From Octopus vulgaris (Eukaryota), in contig OX597826.1 of NCBI GenBank assembly GCA_951406725.2, positions 29,946,001 through 30,010,000 of the forward strand: a stretch of 64,000 bases of DNA, in the 5' to 3' direction. Of the stretch, positions 42,407 through 55,941 are shown one piece after another. The notes below the pieces were generated by a model. The model made no database searches and had not been told where the DNA came from. It saw only the letters and a program-made list of their open reading frames with translations. The position numbers and the translations under genes are program-made. Every line of letters begins with the position of its first letter. Within the stretch, counting starts at the first letter, position 1.

Positions 42407-42944
42407 GTTAATAAAATATATGCATATATATAAACATATATGTACGTACCTACCTCTACATGTACATATACACGCATATATGTGTACAGGACACCAAAAG
42501 GACGTCGAACACATAGAGAGACGAAAAACATAGACACAAACCAAGGAACAAGACAAGCAAAAAAAGGAGATACAGGACAATAAGCACAACGAAAAATCCC
42601 CTTCTTCAGTCGCTAAAGTTTCATCTACTAAACGTTTTGAAGGATAAAAGCGAGACGTATACTTCGAATGAAAAATTCCTTCCTGCGAAAAGCAAATCAA
42701 TTAAAATTCTGAGATCTTGTCGCAGAGGGGTAAAAAAAAGCAAGACGGTAACGACAGTACAAACATATAAACAGTAAAAAATATATATATAAACAGTGGA
42801 AAAATAAATATATAACAGTGAGAGACAGGACAAGGAGAACAAGATAAGAAGGGCTGTTAACGCCAGACGAAAAAAGTATTGCAAACGCTGGATTATAGTG
42901 GACGACGAGAGAGGAAGATGTCGACCAGTGGCCTTACGTTTAAA

Positions 42945-43320
42945 TATTTGTTGTGCAAGATTTTTTATGTGGAGTCGTGTGTTGAAACAGATATTGTTAT
43001 ATTTCGGAATGGTCATATTGCCAGTTTAGCCAATAAAAACACACGCACTATATATTTGGTGTTATTTTGCTTCAGTGTTATTTATTTTTTACATTAATCT
43101 TAATCTTATTTCGGCTGGAGTTCTTTCGTCACACTCCTGTGACCGCATCAGTAGTATCTGTTTTCTTCTTTCTTATTTGTGTCTCTCCTTACTAACCGTC
43201 AGCCATTTTGTATTTCTATTGTATGTCTTCATTTGCGCATGCTTATATCTCTATGTGCGTCTTTGTTTATTTAGTGTGTGTATGTGGGGGGATGCCTGTA
43301 ATATTTGTATCTTCTGTTTA
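42945..43320 (-). mobile_element. (TA)n-associated repeat family carrying a variant hammerhead
   Basis: Homologous to 46755-47110 and 51722-52060. Hammerhead-like motif at 43113-43157. Confidence 0.75.
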
Positions 43321-43354
43321 TATAGAAGACACTTGCCAATATATGCGTGTCTGA

Positions 43355-43414
<60 letters not shown>

Positions 43415-44299
43415 GTGTGTATCTGTATTTGTGTATTTGTATTTATGTATTTGTGTTAATGCTTGTCCCAGCCCAACCCTTCTTGAGGAACAGTTTACTT
43501 CTCTGTAACTTAACAGTTTGTCAAAAGCGACCGATAGAAGAAGTAAGAGGCTTTAAAAAGTAAGTGCTGGGTTCGATCTGTTCGACGAAGCCCTTCAAGA
43601 CGGTGCCCTAGCATTACCTCAGTCCAATGACAGAAACAAATAAAAGATAAATCATAAAAGATGTGAAGCCATTGTGAAAAACCGAAGAAAAGCACAAAAA
43701 AAGAGAGAGAATTAAATGCCTGGACAATAAGTTGGAGTTCGCTGGTGGGCGACATTGTTACTGTTAGCTATGTGACCTTTCATTGGGCGTGGTCTAGAAT
43801 TTCTTTGGATGTACATGATTTGCAGAGGAACGGACTCTATATATATTTGTGTATTAATTGCAGGCGGGATGGTTCCACATGGTGAGGAAACGCTTCAGTG
43901 ATAACCACTACCCACCTGTTCATAGTTAGCTTAGGGAGAAAATGTAGCTGCACGTGCCATCGTTCAAATTTCTGCTAAATCACAAAAAAACCTATAAAAG
44001 ACAAAGAGGAAGCACTACTGGAAAATGTACTCCTAGATAGTTATATGAAAACATGGTCGTTTACTTGTTTCAGTCATTACACAGCTGCTACAGCTATACC
44101 GAGGCATCATCGCCTTGAAGAATTTTGAGTTGAATGAATCGACCTCATAATATTTTTTAAGCCTCATAATTATTCTATCAGTCTCTTAGGCCGAACCGCT
44201 TAGTTACGGAAACATAATCACAAACACATACTCACATATCTATGTATATATGTGTGTTTGTGTGTATGTGTGTGTTTGTGAATGTGAGTATATATGTAT

Positions 44300-44622
44300 A
44301 CTCTTTTACTCTTCTACTTGTTTCAGTCATTTGACTGCGGCCATGTTGGAGCACCGCCTTTAATCGAGCAACTCGACCCCGGGACTTATTCTTTTGTAAG
44401 CCCAGTACTTATTCTATCGGTCTCTTTTGCCGAAACGCTAAGTAACGGGGACATAAACACACCAGCATCAGTTGTCAAGCAATGCTAGGGAGACAAACAC
44501 AGACACACAAACACACACACGCATATATATATATATACATATATACGACGGGCGCAGTGGGACTGAACCCGGAACCATGTGGTTAGTAAACAAGCTACTT
44601 ACCACACAGTCACTCCTGCGCC
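44300..44622 (-). mobile_element. SINE family 1, internally deleted
   Basis: Matches 1585-2019 apart from a deletion near 44553. Confidence 0.8.
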
Positions 44623-44644
44623 TATATGTACATATATATTTTGA

Positions 44645-44957
44645 GACCCCCTTCTGTCACGACACAGACCATGGGATTGCACCTAGAAAGTTACCCTTCT
44701 AGGCACAAGTCCGGGCAAGGTTGTTTATGGAAGACCAGCAGTCGCCCATGCATACCGGCCTCCCCTCTCCATGCCACCAGTGTTATCCAAGGGATAGGCA
44801 AAGGTCGATACAGCTTGATACCTGTGACATTGCAGCTTATTTCTACAGCTGAGTGAACTGGAGCAAGGTGAAATAAAGTGTCTTGCTCAAGAACACAACA
44901 CGGTCCGGGTTTCGAGCTCACAACCTCACGATCATAAGCTCGACGCTCTAACCACAC
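44645..44957 (-). mobile_element. SINE family 3
   Basis: Inverted homolog of 56246-56545. Confidence 0.8.
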
Positions 44958-45104
44958 GTATATATATAGGCATATATATATATAAATTGGAAAAAAAACA
45001 CCTTTTATCAATTCAATAATGAAAAAATTAAATTATGCCATTTAGAAAAATTACATCTTATAGAAAGATTAAATATACGATAAAACATATACCATATATA
45101 TATA

Positions 45105-45491
45105 TTATGGAGATGTACTTGCATAGCAAGTGCTTTGATCTGAGATCGTGTGCTGGAACGAAAACAATTGCAGCGTGGAAGGTGTTTGTAAGCCATTTAA
45201 GAAACACACAAAATCCGTTCCATTCACTTCAACATTTAAGTTTAATTTGTCAAAATATTTTCGTCGCTATAAGACCGCGACCTGTTCACTAACAAAAATC
45301 CGTGCCGCATCTCGGAATTTTGTCTGCAGCTTTTATCAATTCGTGCTGCAACACGGTTTTTTTCAGTGAACAGGTCGCGGTCTTATAGCGACGAAAATAT
45401 TTTGACAAATTAAACTTAAATGTTGAAGTGAATCGAACGGCTTTTGTGTGTTTCTTAAATGGCTTACAAAACCTTCCACGCTGCAATTGTC

Positions 45492-45492
<1 letters not shown>
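45105..45492 (-). mobile_element. (TA)n-embedded fold-back element
   Basis: Arms ~45164-45319 and ~45338-45490 are near-identical distally and diverge towards the centre. An unpaired tail at 45105-45163 runs into TA. Confidence 0.9.
45246..45296 (-). ncRNA. Atypical hammerhead ribozyme candidate (G3-C8 core); mirror copy at 45359-45409 (+)
   Basis: TTTGTTA-GTGAACA-g-GTCGC-ggtcttata-GCGAC-GAAA-ATAT-TT-TGACAAA: 7 bp stem I, 5 bp stem II and a palindromic stem III. Confidence 0.6.
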
Positions 45493-45562
<70 letters not shown>

Positions 45563-45830
45563 ACGTTTTTTTTATGTTTTTCAGTTTCTGACTCCTAAGG
45601 AGGCACTAGCCCAAGGTACCAGTGAAACTGAACCCGTAACCATGCGGTTGGGAAGCAAGCTGCTTACTACACACCCATGTTTGTGCCTATTTAAAGGCCA
45701 ATGCTGTAATATCTTTGATTATAGGTCTGCTTGTTCAGGACTGCTTGGCTCGGGGCTAAGAAATAGCTGCACGTAACAGAATTGATATATTCATATCAAG
45801 ACAATATATTTATAGTCATTAGCTTTATAG

Positions 45831-45895
<65 letters not shown>

Positions 45896-46304
45896 TGTGT
45901 GTCTGTGTCTGTGCGTGTTTATACTCATTAACCAACAACACTACGTGCGCTGCAATCAAACGTGATCTACATCACAAACACAATTTTGAAAATTTAGCAT
46001 TCAATATTTCTCTAATATTATATATTTCTCTTCTCTTCTATATTTTTGCTGACAATGATGCATAGCAAATACGCTAATATTTGGGAAATGTAAAGAAAGA
46101 CTGTAATACGATCGTTAAAGAAAATATAACACAGCATGAAGAAGACTTGTAATATAGAGTATTCTAAATCCGTACATAAATAATGAGATTAAATACTGTG
46201 TTGAGATGAATATGTTTTATATTGAAGGCTTCATTTAATACAAACATTGTCGAACGTTCGGTTTATCGAAAGCAACAACGTTTACCTGTTCACTAATAAA
46301 GAAA

Positions 46305-46384
<80 letters not shown>

Positions 46385-46399
46385 GTATGTATATATATA

Positions 46400-46645
46400 T
46401 AATCAAAATAAACAACAAGAATATCCAGGGGTAATGCAGTACGATCGTTTCATGCAACTCCATTTAACTGAACAATACAATCATTACATCAATTTAAAAT
46501 GCAGAGCAATCCTCAGCTGCACAAAGACAGAATTTTTAATTAAATTAGAACATATGGACACATTAGTGTAATTATACCTAAAATCTCCAAGAAGTTAAGA
46601 AGATAGACAAAGAACATGCTGCGTTCACTCCACCATAGAAGCTAC
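46400..46645 (-). mobile_element. (TA)n-flanked element with a hammerhead
   Basis: Its end aatcaaaataaacaaca resembles the arm end of 18521 (aatcaaaataaaaaca). Confidence 0.7.
46435..46521 (-). ncRNA. Type I hammerhead ribozyme
   Basis: TGCAG-CTGAGGA-tTGC...cattttaa...ttaaatg...GCAt-GAAA-CGATCG-TA-CTGCA. Predicted GUA cleavage between 46440 and 46439. Confidence 0.78.
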
Positions 46646-46754
46646 ATATACATACATATACATGTGTGTATATATATACATATACATATACATATATATA
46701 TATATACATATATACATATACATATATTTATATATATACATATATATATATATA

Positions 46755-47175
46755 TTGTTATATTTCGGAATGGTCATATTGCCAGTTTAGCCAATAAAAA
46801 CACACGCCAGTTTAGCCAATAAAAAAACACGCATTTGGTGTTATTTTGCTTCAGTGTTATTTATTTTTTACATTAATCTTAATCTTAATCTTATTTCGGC
46901 CAGAGTTCTTTCGTCACACTCCTGTGACCGCATCAGTGGTCCTTTGTTTTCTTCTTTCTTATTTGTGTCTCTCCTTACTAACCGTCAGCCATTTTGTATT
47001 TCTATTGTATGCCTTCATTTGCGCATGCTTATATCTCTATATGCGTCTATGTTTATTTAGCGTGTGTATGTGGGGGGATGCCTGTAATAGTTGTATCTTC
47101 TGTTTATATATGTTCATGTAATTTGTAATTTGTATTTTGTTTTTGTTGTTTTTGTTTATTCTTATTTTGTTCATG
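46755..47175 (-). mobile_element. Second copy of the 42945 family
   Basis: High identity to 42995-43320, with a local duplication of gccagtttagccaataaaaa. Confidence 0.8.
46898..46942 (-). ncRNA. Compact variant hammerhead candidate (C at position 9)
   Basis: GGaCCA-CTGATGC-g-GTCAC-aggagt-GTGAC-GAAA-GAAC-TC-TGGCC. Confidence 0.55.
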
Positions 47176-47268
47176 TGTTTACATCCACTTATTATCATTA
47201 CATATGCTTGTATGTATGTATGTATGTATAACAACAATACTAGTAATAATAATAATAAATCGAATCGA

Positions 47269-47322
<54 letters not shown>

Positions 47323-47327
<5 letters not shown>

Positions 47328-47655
47328 TTATTTCTATTAGTTTATTTATCTGTGAATTTATTATGTTTTCAGGATCCTCTATCGTCATATGTTGTGGTGT
47401 GTGTTAGTGCTCCATTCTAGTTTTCTATTCAGGCTAGGTTTATTTTCTATTATGTGTGTAGCATCTGATCTATGTGTAGATCTAGTTTTCTATTCAGGCT
47501 AGGTTTATTTTCTATTATGTGTGTTGCATCTGATCTATGTGTAGAAAATATTTTAATTTCTATGTTATTGATTGATCCCCCGTGTTCCTGTTCGGCGTGT
47601 TGGTACAGAATCGAGGAGCTTTTACCTTCCTTGAGTTGTCTCCAATGCTCATTTA
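47323..47655 (-). mobile_element. Penelope-like 3' fragment: C-terminal half of a GIY-YIG endonuclease ending in (TA)n
   Basis: Minus strand reads NEHWRQLKEGKSSSILYQHAEQEHGGSINNIEIKIFSTHRSDAT-HIIENKPSLNRKL(EW). Contains a ~66 bp tandem duplication. Confidence 0.75.
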
Positions 47656-47659
47656 CCCG

Positions 47660-48202
<543 letters not shown>

Positions 48203-49059
48203 AAATATAGATATCCGTAAACCTGCCTTCGTCTTTTGTCTATTTTCATAAAGCTTCCCGTTATATATATATGTATATATATAGTGAGACTTTAAAGTAG
48301 GACTGAACCTGAAATCACGTGGTTGCAAAGTAAGCCTCTTAACCACCCAACCATATCAGTACCAATGATGATTTTCTCACCCATTCAGTATGTAGACTAG
48401 GTTTTTAGAATTGCAGCTGTTGGCAGGATGCGAGCTATTGACTCTTCGGTTGACAGTTCGTCAGTTTATAGACCAGGCCAGCTGTAGCAGATAACGTTTG
48501 AGAAAATTAAATTGACTCATTACCGATGAAGAGGCTCTGCTTAAAATATTAGAATACGTTTGTCCACTGCATAGCGCTTAAGACAGAGCGTGAAATAGCA
48601 ATTGCTCTCTTTATAATTCAGTATCGAATCAACTCTGATAAGGTTGTGTACTTAGGAACTCTGATAAGGTTATATTACACCGAAATGGTATTTTTAAAAT
48701 TTGTTTTGAACACTCGGGCAATGAGCCAATCTATGACAAACAGAAAAGTATAACAAAAAACTCATTTTACTACCAAAAATAAACAAAAAAAATCAAAGAA
48801 ACTGAGAAATGTCCAGCAGAGTTTAAACTATCATTTCCGTTAAGAAAATATTTTATAGAAACAATATCAAATTCAAAAACAAACTATAAATGAATGTAGA
48901 TTCTCAATTAAAAAAAAAAATTATGTAAATTACTTTAATAAGAGGAACTGAACAAACTCAAGGGAAATAATTTCTGCTCAAAGTTGTTTTAGCTGGAAAT
49001 TAAGAACATGGTGACTTTCAGATAAAGCGCTGGAAGAAACGAATTTAATAATAATAATG

Positions 49060-49173
<114 letters not shown>

Positions 49174-49181
49174 TTAATAAA

Positions 49182-49252
<71 letters not shown>

Positions 49253-49464
49253 CAATGTAAATCTTACAGAAAGGAGGAGAAAATGTTCATGGACTATACG
49301 GCATTATAAATTCAGGTAACATGCTTACGTATGGAGTGATACATGCACACACATGCACGAGTTTATTTGTATATATATATATATATATATACTTATAAGT
49401 ACTATCTATTTATATTTATACGTATATGCATATATATATATATATGGATGTGTAGATATATAAG

Positions 49465-49542
<78 letters not shown>

Positions 49543-49919
49543 TAGGTAGATAGACAGCTTTAAAGAAAACGTGTCAAACAAAAAGAAAAAAATTCAAATC
49601 GAACGACACTTCCAACACCACACTATCAAGACAGCCACAGCCATTAGCATCCTCACCAGCACCAGCAGCAGCAACAGCAACAGCAAAAATAACAACAACT
49701 AAATGAATGATAAGTACATTTGGAAAATCGAGCCAATAATGAAGAAGAAGGAACAGAGATTTCCAACAGGAAATTAAGTAATTTCGTGTTCTTAAGATTT
49801 TACAGATTCCTGATAAAGGAAAGGGTTAACAAGAGAGCCTGACAGGAGAAACACACACACACACACACACACACATACATACACGTTTACATACATATAC
49901 ATATACACATATATGTACG

Positions 49920-49997
<78 letters not shown>

Positions 49998-50009
49998 TAT
50001 GCATATATA

Positions 50010-50062
<53 letters not shown>

Positions 50063-50662
50063 TATATACGTATATGTACATATACATTTATATTTCTATA
50101 TATATGCATGTGTATGTATATATATATGTATATATGTGTATATAAATATATATGTGTGTATGTATGTGTGTGTGTATGTATGCAAACTCTTTATCTTCGC
50201 TCTTTGCCTTTGATGTTTTCAATATCCTCTCGTAGGCATGTATGCGCCATTCTTACAAGAATGATACTTATGCAAATACTCAGGCACTAACACACACACA
50301 CACACACACATACCTACATACACACACATACACACACACACTCTCTCTCTCACACACACATATAAACACATGAATATATTTATATGTATGTATATATACA
50401 TGTGTATATATATATGTGAATATATATGTGTGTGTATATATATGTGTGTGTGTGTATATATACATATGTGAATATATATATATATTTATTTAGTTATGGA
50501 TGTCTGTATACAAACACAAATATGTAAATATCTATAAATTCACACACACACACACACACAAACACATATATATAAACATATATGGATGTGTGTAAATATA
50601 TATGTATATATACATATATATTTATACATATATATATTTGCATACATATATACATATATATA

Positions 50663-50712
<50 letters not shown>

Positions 50713-51025
50713 TGTATGTATGTATGTATATATCTATCTACCCACATATAAACATGTAAATAGATAGATACACATATATATACATACATACAGACACACA
50801 CACACACATATATATGTATGTATATACGCATATTCAATTGTGGGTTATCTCCAAAAGTATTTAATAATAATTACTCGACACAATGATTCTACATCAAAGA
50901 TTTTGTAAAAACCTCGGAGTAATTTCCAATAAAATTAAGGAACTCATTCGTTGGAAATGGTTCTGGAGATTTTTACATGGTAATGAGACAGCTGGGGGCC
51001 AATCATACATAACGTCTCCTCTGTG

Positions 51026-51117
<92 letters not shown>

Positions 51118-51303
51118 TACACTTATATAAACAAATACGTGGAGATACGCACATACACATACATATAAACACACAACACACAAAGTGTTTATCATCATAT
51201 ATTTACAGATGGTGATAAACATTTTAGATATATTTCACACGCAGCCTCACACATATAGGCATATAGGAATAGATATATACATAGATACACACACAGACGC
51301 ACA

Positions 51304-51353
<50 letters not shown>

Positions 51354-51526
51354 CATACACATACATATATACGCATAACCATATTTGATAACACACATAC
51401 ACATGTTTCTGGACGCATGCATACATACGAGCACACATACTTGCATATATGTGGCATATCTATAAAAATACATATATAAATATATTTGTGCCTGTCTGTG
51501 CTTTTGTACATAGATTTACGTTAATG

Positions 51527-51611
<85 letters not shown>

Positions 51612-51621
51612 ATATCATGCC

Positions 51622-51719
<98 letters not shown>

Positions 51720-51721
51720 AT

Positions 51722-52060
51722 ATATTGTTGTATTTGGGGGATGGTCATGTTGCCAGTTTAGTCAATGAGAACACACGCACTATATACTTGGTGTTCACTT
51801 GCTTAAGCTTTATTTCATATTAATTTTATTTCGTCACACTTCTGTGGCTTCATTAGTAGTCCTTTACTTTCTTATTTATTGTGTCTCTCCTTAGTGTGAC
51901 GACAGAACTCTGGCCGAAATGCAATTAATATAAAATAAACCTGAAGCACCAAATGCATAGTGCGTCTGTTTTCATTGGCTAAACTGGGAACATGACCATC
52001 CTCAAATACAACAATATCTGTTTCAACACACGATTTCACATCAAGAATCTTGCAAAACGT
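51722..52060 (+). mobile_element. Old fold-back copy of the 42945/46755 family in (TA)n
   Basis: Diverged inverted arms ~51722-51840 and ~51893-52017, plus a tail to 52060. Confidence 0.8.
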
Positions 52061-52352
52061 ATATATATATATATAATATTTGTATTGTATGCATGTAGGC
52101 TAGTGACAAGGGTGCTGCTATCACGCTCTAACGGTTGCAGGTTCGATTTCCTGACCAAGCGTCACGTTGTGTTCTTGAGCAAAACACTTCATTTCATATT
52201 GCTCCTGCCCACTCAGCTCTAAATAGATTACAACTTGGCTCTAGCTGGGCGGACTGGAGGAACTTGTGATGAAGGGTTTTCCTCATGGACACAATGCGAA
52301 ACCGGTCTACGTGTCAAAACCATGAGCTCACAATCGTTCAACAGTGATTTCC

Positions 52353-52409
<57 letters not shown>

Positions 52410-52971
52410 CGTGTGTGTGTGCATGTGTGTGTGTGCATGTGTGTTACTGTGTGTATATACTTTATTATTAAAGCAGATATGATAATAAAGCATATTAGTA
52501 CTCGAGTACTATTTTTTCCCACCTGGTTTCACATCTATGTACTTATTCTGGTACACACACACACGCACACACACAAACATACACACACACACACACACAC
52601 TAAAGCTAATACTTCCAAATCACTGTTGACCCTTTTCTTTGCAAAATGTAAGTTTATTACTAACATGTAATGCATAAACCATTAATTTAATGCTAAATAG
52701 TTTTTGTATAAAGCATTATAACACACCTTAATAAAGGCATATATAGGTTTGGTAAATGCTAATAAACGAAACTTTTGGCTCTTGAATCACTCTGTTGCTT
52801 CCGCTAAATATTGTCAAATAATGTATATATACATGCTTATAATGCACACACACACACACATACGCACCCACACACTCACACACACGCACATATATGAAGA
52901 TAGATAAACATAAAAATACGTAGATAGCCAAGTGAATATATAGACCAACACAAGCGCGCGCACACAGACAT

Positions 52972-53035
<64 letters not shown>

Positions 53036-53112
53036 GCAGACAGACAAATAACCAGATAAACAGAGAGATAGATAAATAGACAGATTGATCGGTGGATAGA
53101 CATATGGCAAGA

Positions 53113-53628
53113 TAAGTTTCTTTATTGGCCACACAGGGCTGCACACAGATGGGACAAATTACAAGGTAGAGCTTTTCTTTTGGGGGGTTAGAAGAAAAAC
53201 AAAAAAAAACAAAAAACAAAAGGCGTAGGTTTTCGATCAAAAGGGATCGTGAAAGGGAAAAAAAAGGAGGAAAAAAAGAAAGAAAAGAAAAGAAAAGGGA
53301 AAAAAGAAGAAAAAAGAGGAAAAAAGGGGAAGAGGAAAAAAAACGATCAATTGGGATCGTGTATCACAGTGTCATGATGTACGGTGTAAAGGGGGAAGCA
53401 GATGAGGTTTATCCGTGGGAAGAAAAGCCTACGAAAAAGACCACGGTAACCTCGGTCAATATTGTTTCATGTTACCACATTTGTTTGCAAGTGGGTAACC
53501 CTCTGTTTTCAATTTCCAGGACGGCAGAGTTGCTTGAGAGCAACGCGACACTCGCGGTGCCATTCGCCCTTCCTCGGCCTCTTTTTGATCCACGACTGCA
53601 GTTCGGTCATAGAGACGAGCTGCGGGAT
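53113..53628 (-). mobile_element. (ATCT)n-associated LINE 3' end joined to a GC-rich upstream piece
   Basis: 53113-53518 is the reverse complement of 17418-17860; (GATA)n lies on both sides. Confidence 0.8.
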
Positions 53629-53728
53629 TGATAGATAGGTAGATAGATAAATAGATAGATAGACAGACAAACCGACAGACAGATAAATATATAGACAGGT
53701 AGATAGATAGCTAGATGGATAGCTAGAT

Positions 53729-53766
<38 letters not shown>

Positions 53767-53903
53767 GGAGAGATGGAGAGATAGATAGATGTGTAGATAG
53801 ATAGATAGATGGATAGATAGATAGACAGTTTGACGAATAGGTAGATGGTAACTAGTCTGATGAAAGTCTGAGTGAAAGCTGAAGGTGGAGTAGGAAGCGG
53901 AGA

Positions 53904-54002
<99 letters not shown>

Positions 54003-54407
54003 TGTGTAAGACAGGTGAAATTAGTGTATTGAACTTTACTCAATTAGAACGCCTCCTGACAAATAATTTCTTCGTGTATCAAAAAATTAGGAACTTGTCT
54101 TCGGGAAAAATCTAATGAGAGAACATAGGAAGAAAACAAAAATCCAAAGAAAAAAAGAAAGAAAAACAGCTAAAATACGTACTTAAAAGATACAAAATAT
54201 TTCTGAAGAAAACTAAGAAACTGTTGCTGAGAGATAAAATGCTAAGCTACACCACATAACCTCTGGTGATAGGATTTTGTATTTTAATATCAAATCTTCG
54301 ATATGTCTTACTTTTCAATTGTCATTTTCCTTTTTCTTTTTTTATTCCGTTTGTCTTCTTTCTATTTCTTTCCTTTTATCGGTGAATCACGCGTGTGTTA
54401 TCAACAT

Positions 54408-54553
54408 AGGCGCAGGCGTAGCTGTGTGGTAAAAAAACAGTTTGCTTCCCAAGCACGTGGTTTCCGGTTCGGCTCCGTTGCGTGGCACCTCGGGCAATTG
54501 TCTTCCATTATAGCCTCGGGCCTTGTGAGTGGATTTGGTAGACGGAAACTGAA

Positions 54554-54557
<4 letters not shown>
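54408..54557 (+). mobile_element. SINE family 1, 5' half (3' half at 55685-55900)
   Basis: aggcgcaggcgtagctgtgtggt...gtagacggaaactgaaaga, followed by (TA)n. Confidence 0.8.
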
Positions 54558-54601
<44 letters not shown>

Positions 54602-54604
<3 letters not shown>

Positions 54605-55209
54605 CAGTAACAATGAAGGGTGAAATTAATTAATTTGGAACAATTATCAATTACACCAAGTAGTCTTCGGCATGTAAAAGCCTCATTCGAGGAAAATTTA
54701 AGTAATACTAAGCAATTAAGGGTTTAGCAACGAATTGCCTTACCACACACCGAATTTAGAAATAGCAGTCAAAGAGATTATAGCTATTTCTTCTACTAAA
54801 AGGGAGATCACAGTAAAGGCACAGCATTTGAAAGGCAAACACAAACAGGTAAAAGAGAATGAATTAACGGCAATCTATCATACAGTTTTAAGTCACCTAC
54901 GGACGTACGTTTCGAGATCAAGTCTTAGGAAAGCATAAGAATTAGATAACTCTACTTTACCCAGTTATCTAATTCTTATGCTTTCCTAAGACTTGATCTC
55001 GAAACGTACGTCCGTAGGTGACTTAAAACTGTATGATAGATTGCCGTTAATTCATTCTCTTTTACCTGTTTGTGTTTGCCTTTCAAATGCTGTGCCTTTA
55101 CTGTGATCTCCCTTTTAGTAGAAGAAATAGCTATAATCTCTTTGACTGCTATTTCTAAATTCGGTGTGTGGTAAGGCAATTCGTTGCTAAACCCTTAATT
55201 GCTTAGTAT
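54602..55209 (-). mobile_element. (TA)n-embedded fold-back element
   Basis: Arms 54705-54951 and 54963-55209 (247 bp, no mismatch seen), an 11-nt spacer and a ~100-nt tail. Contains a hammerhead 3' half, GAAA-CGTACG-TC (55001-55012 and mirror). Confidence 0.92.
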
Positions 55210-55229
55210 ATATATATACATATATATAT

Positions 55230-55585
55230 ACTAGCAGTATCGCCCGGCGTTGCTCGGATTTGTAAGGGAAATAAACTATAAAGCATTTTTAGAGAGTTAT
55301 AGCCAAAAAATAGCAAAAAAATGGGAAAAAAATGATGGTAAATTTTTTTGAGAGTTAAAAAGGTCAAGTTGCGTCCCCTAGACAGTCTGTGGTTTGTGTT
55401 TCTGATTCTCGACCCCATGTCGAATTTATCGATCTTTTTCAGAACTGGGGGAACCTTTCAAAATTTTCGCTGCGTTAGTTTTGAATCATGACATTGGGCT
55501 ATGTGTGTGTCAAGTTTCATCAGAATCGGTTGAAAGCTGTGGTCAGGGTGAGGGTACAACATGACAGACACACAGACAAACTGCC

Positions 55586-55592
<7 letters not shown>
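55230..55592 (-). mobile_element. Non-autonomous Helitron (Lep1-like architecture)
   Basis: The minus strand ends ccgagcaacgccgggcgatactgCTAG-t (GC-rich hairpin plus CTAG) and starts with (TA)n-aaacggcagtttgtctgtgtgtctgtc. Confidence 0.7.
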
Positions 55593-55655
<63 letters not shown>

Positions 55656-55684
55656 AGGTGTGTAGGTGGGTTGGTTTGTGGGTG

Positions 55685-55900
55685 TGTCTTTGTGTTTGTC
55701 CCCCACTACCGCTTGATGACCGGTGTTGGTGTGTTTACGTCCTCGAAGCATAGCGGTTCGGCAAAGAGACCGATAAAATAAGTACCTGGCTCGAAAACAC
55801 AAATAGCTACAGGGCTGATCCCTTCAATTAAAATCCTCCAAGGCGGTTCCCCAGCGTGGCCGCAGTCTAATGACTGAAATAGGTAAAATATAAAAGATAT
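55685..55900 (+). mobile_element. SINE family 1, 3' half
   Basis: gtgtttgtcccc...gcggttcggcaaagagaccgata...tgactgaaa. Confidence 0.8.
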
Positions 55901-55941
55901 AAAAAAACATCGTCTTAATGGGATGTTGGGAGGTATTTTCC

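Noticed and set aside
48520-48556. ccgatgaagaggctctgcttaaaatattaga, resembling the minimal PLE hammerhead
   Set aside because: Both core boxes are mutated.
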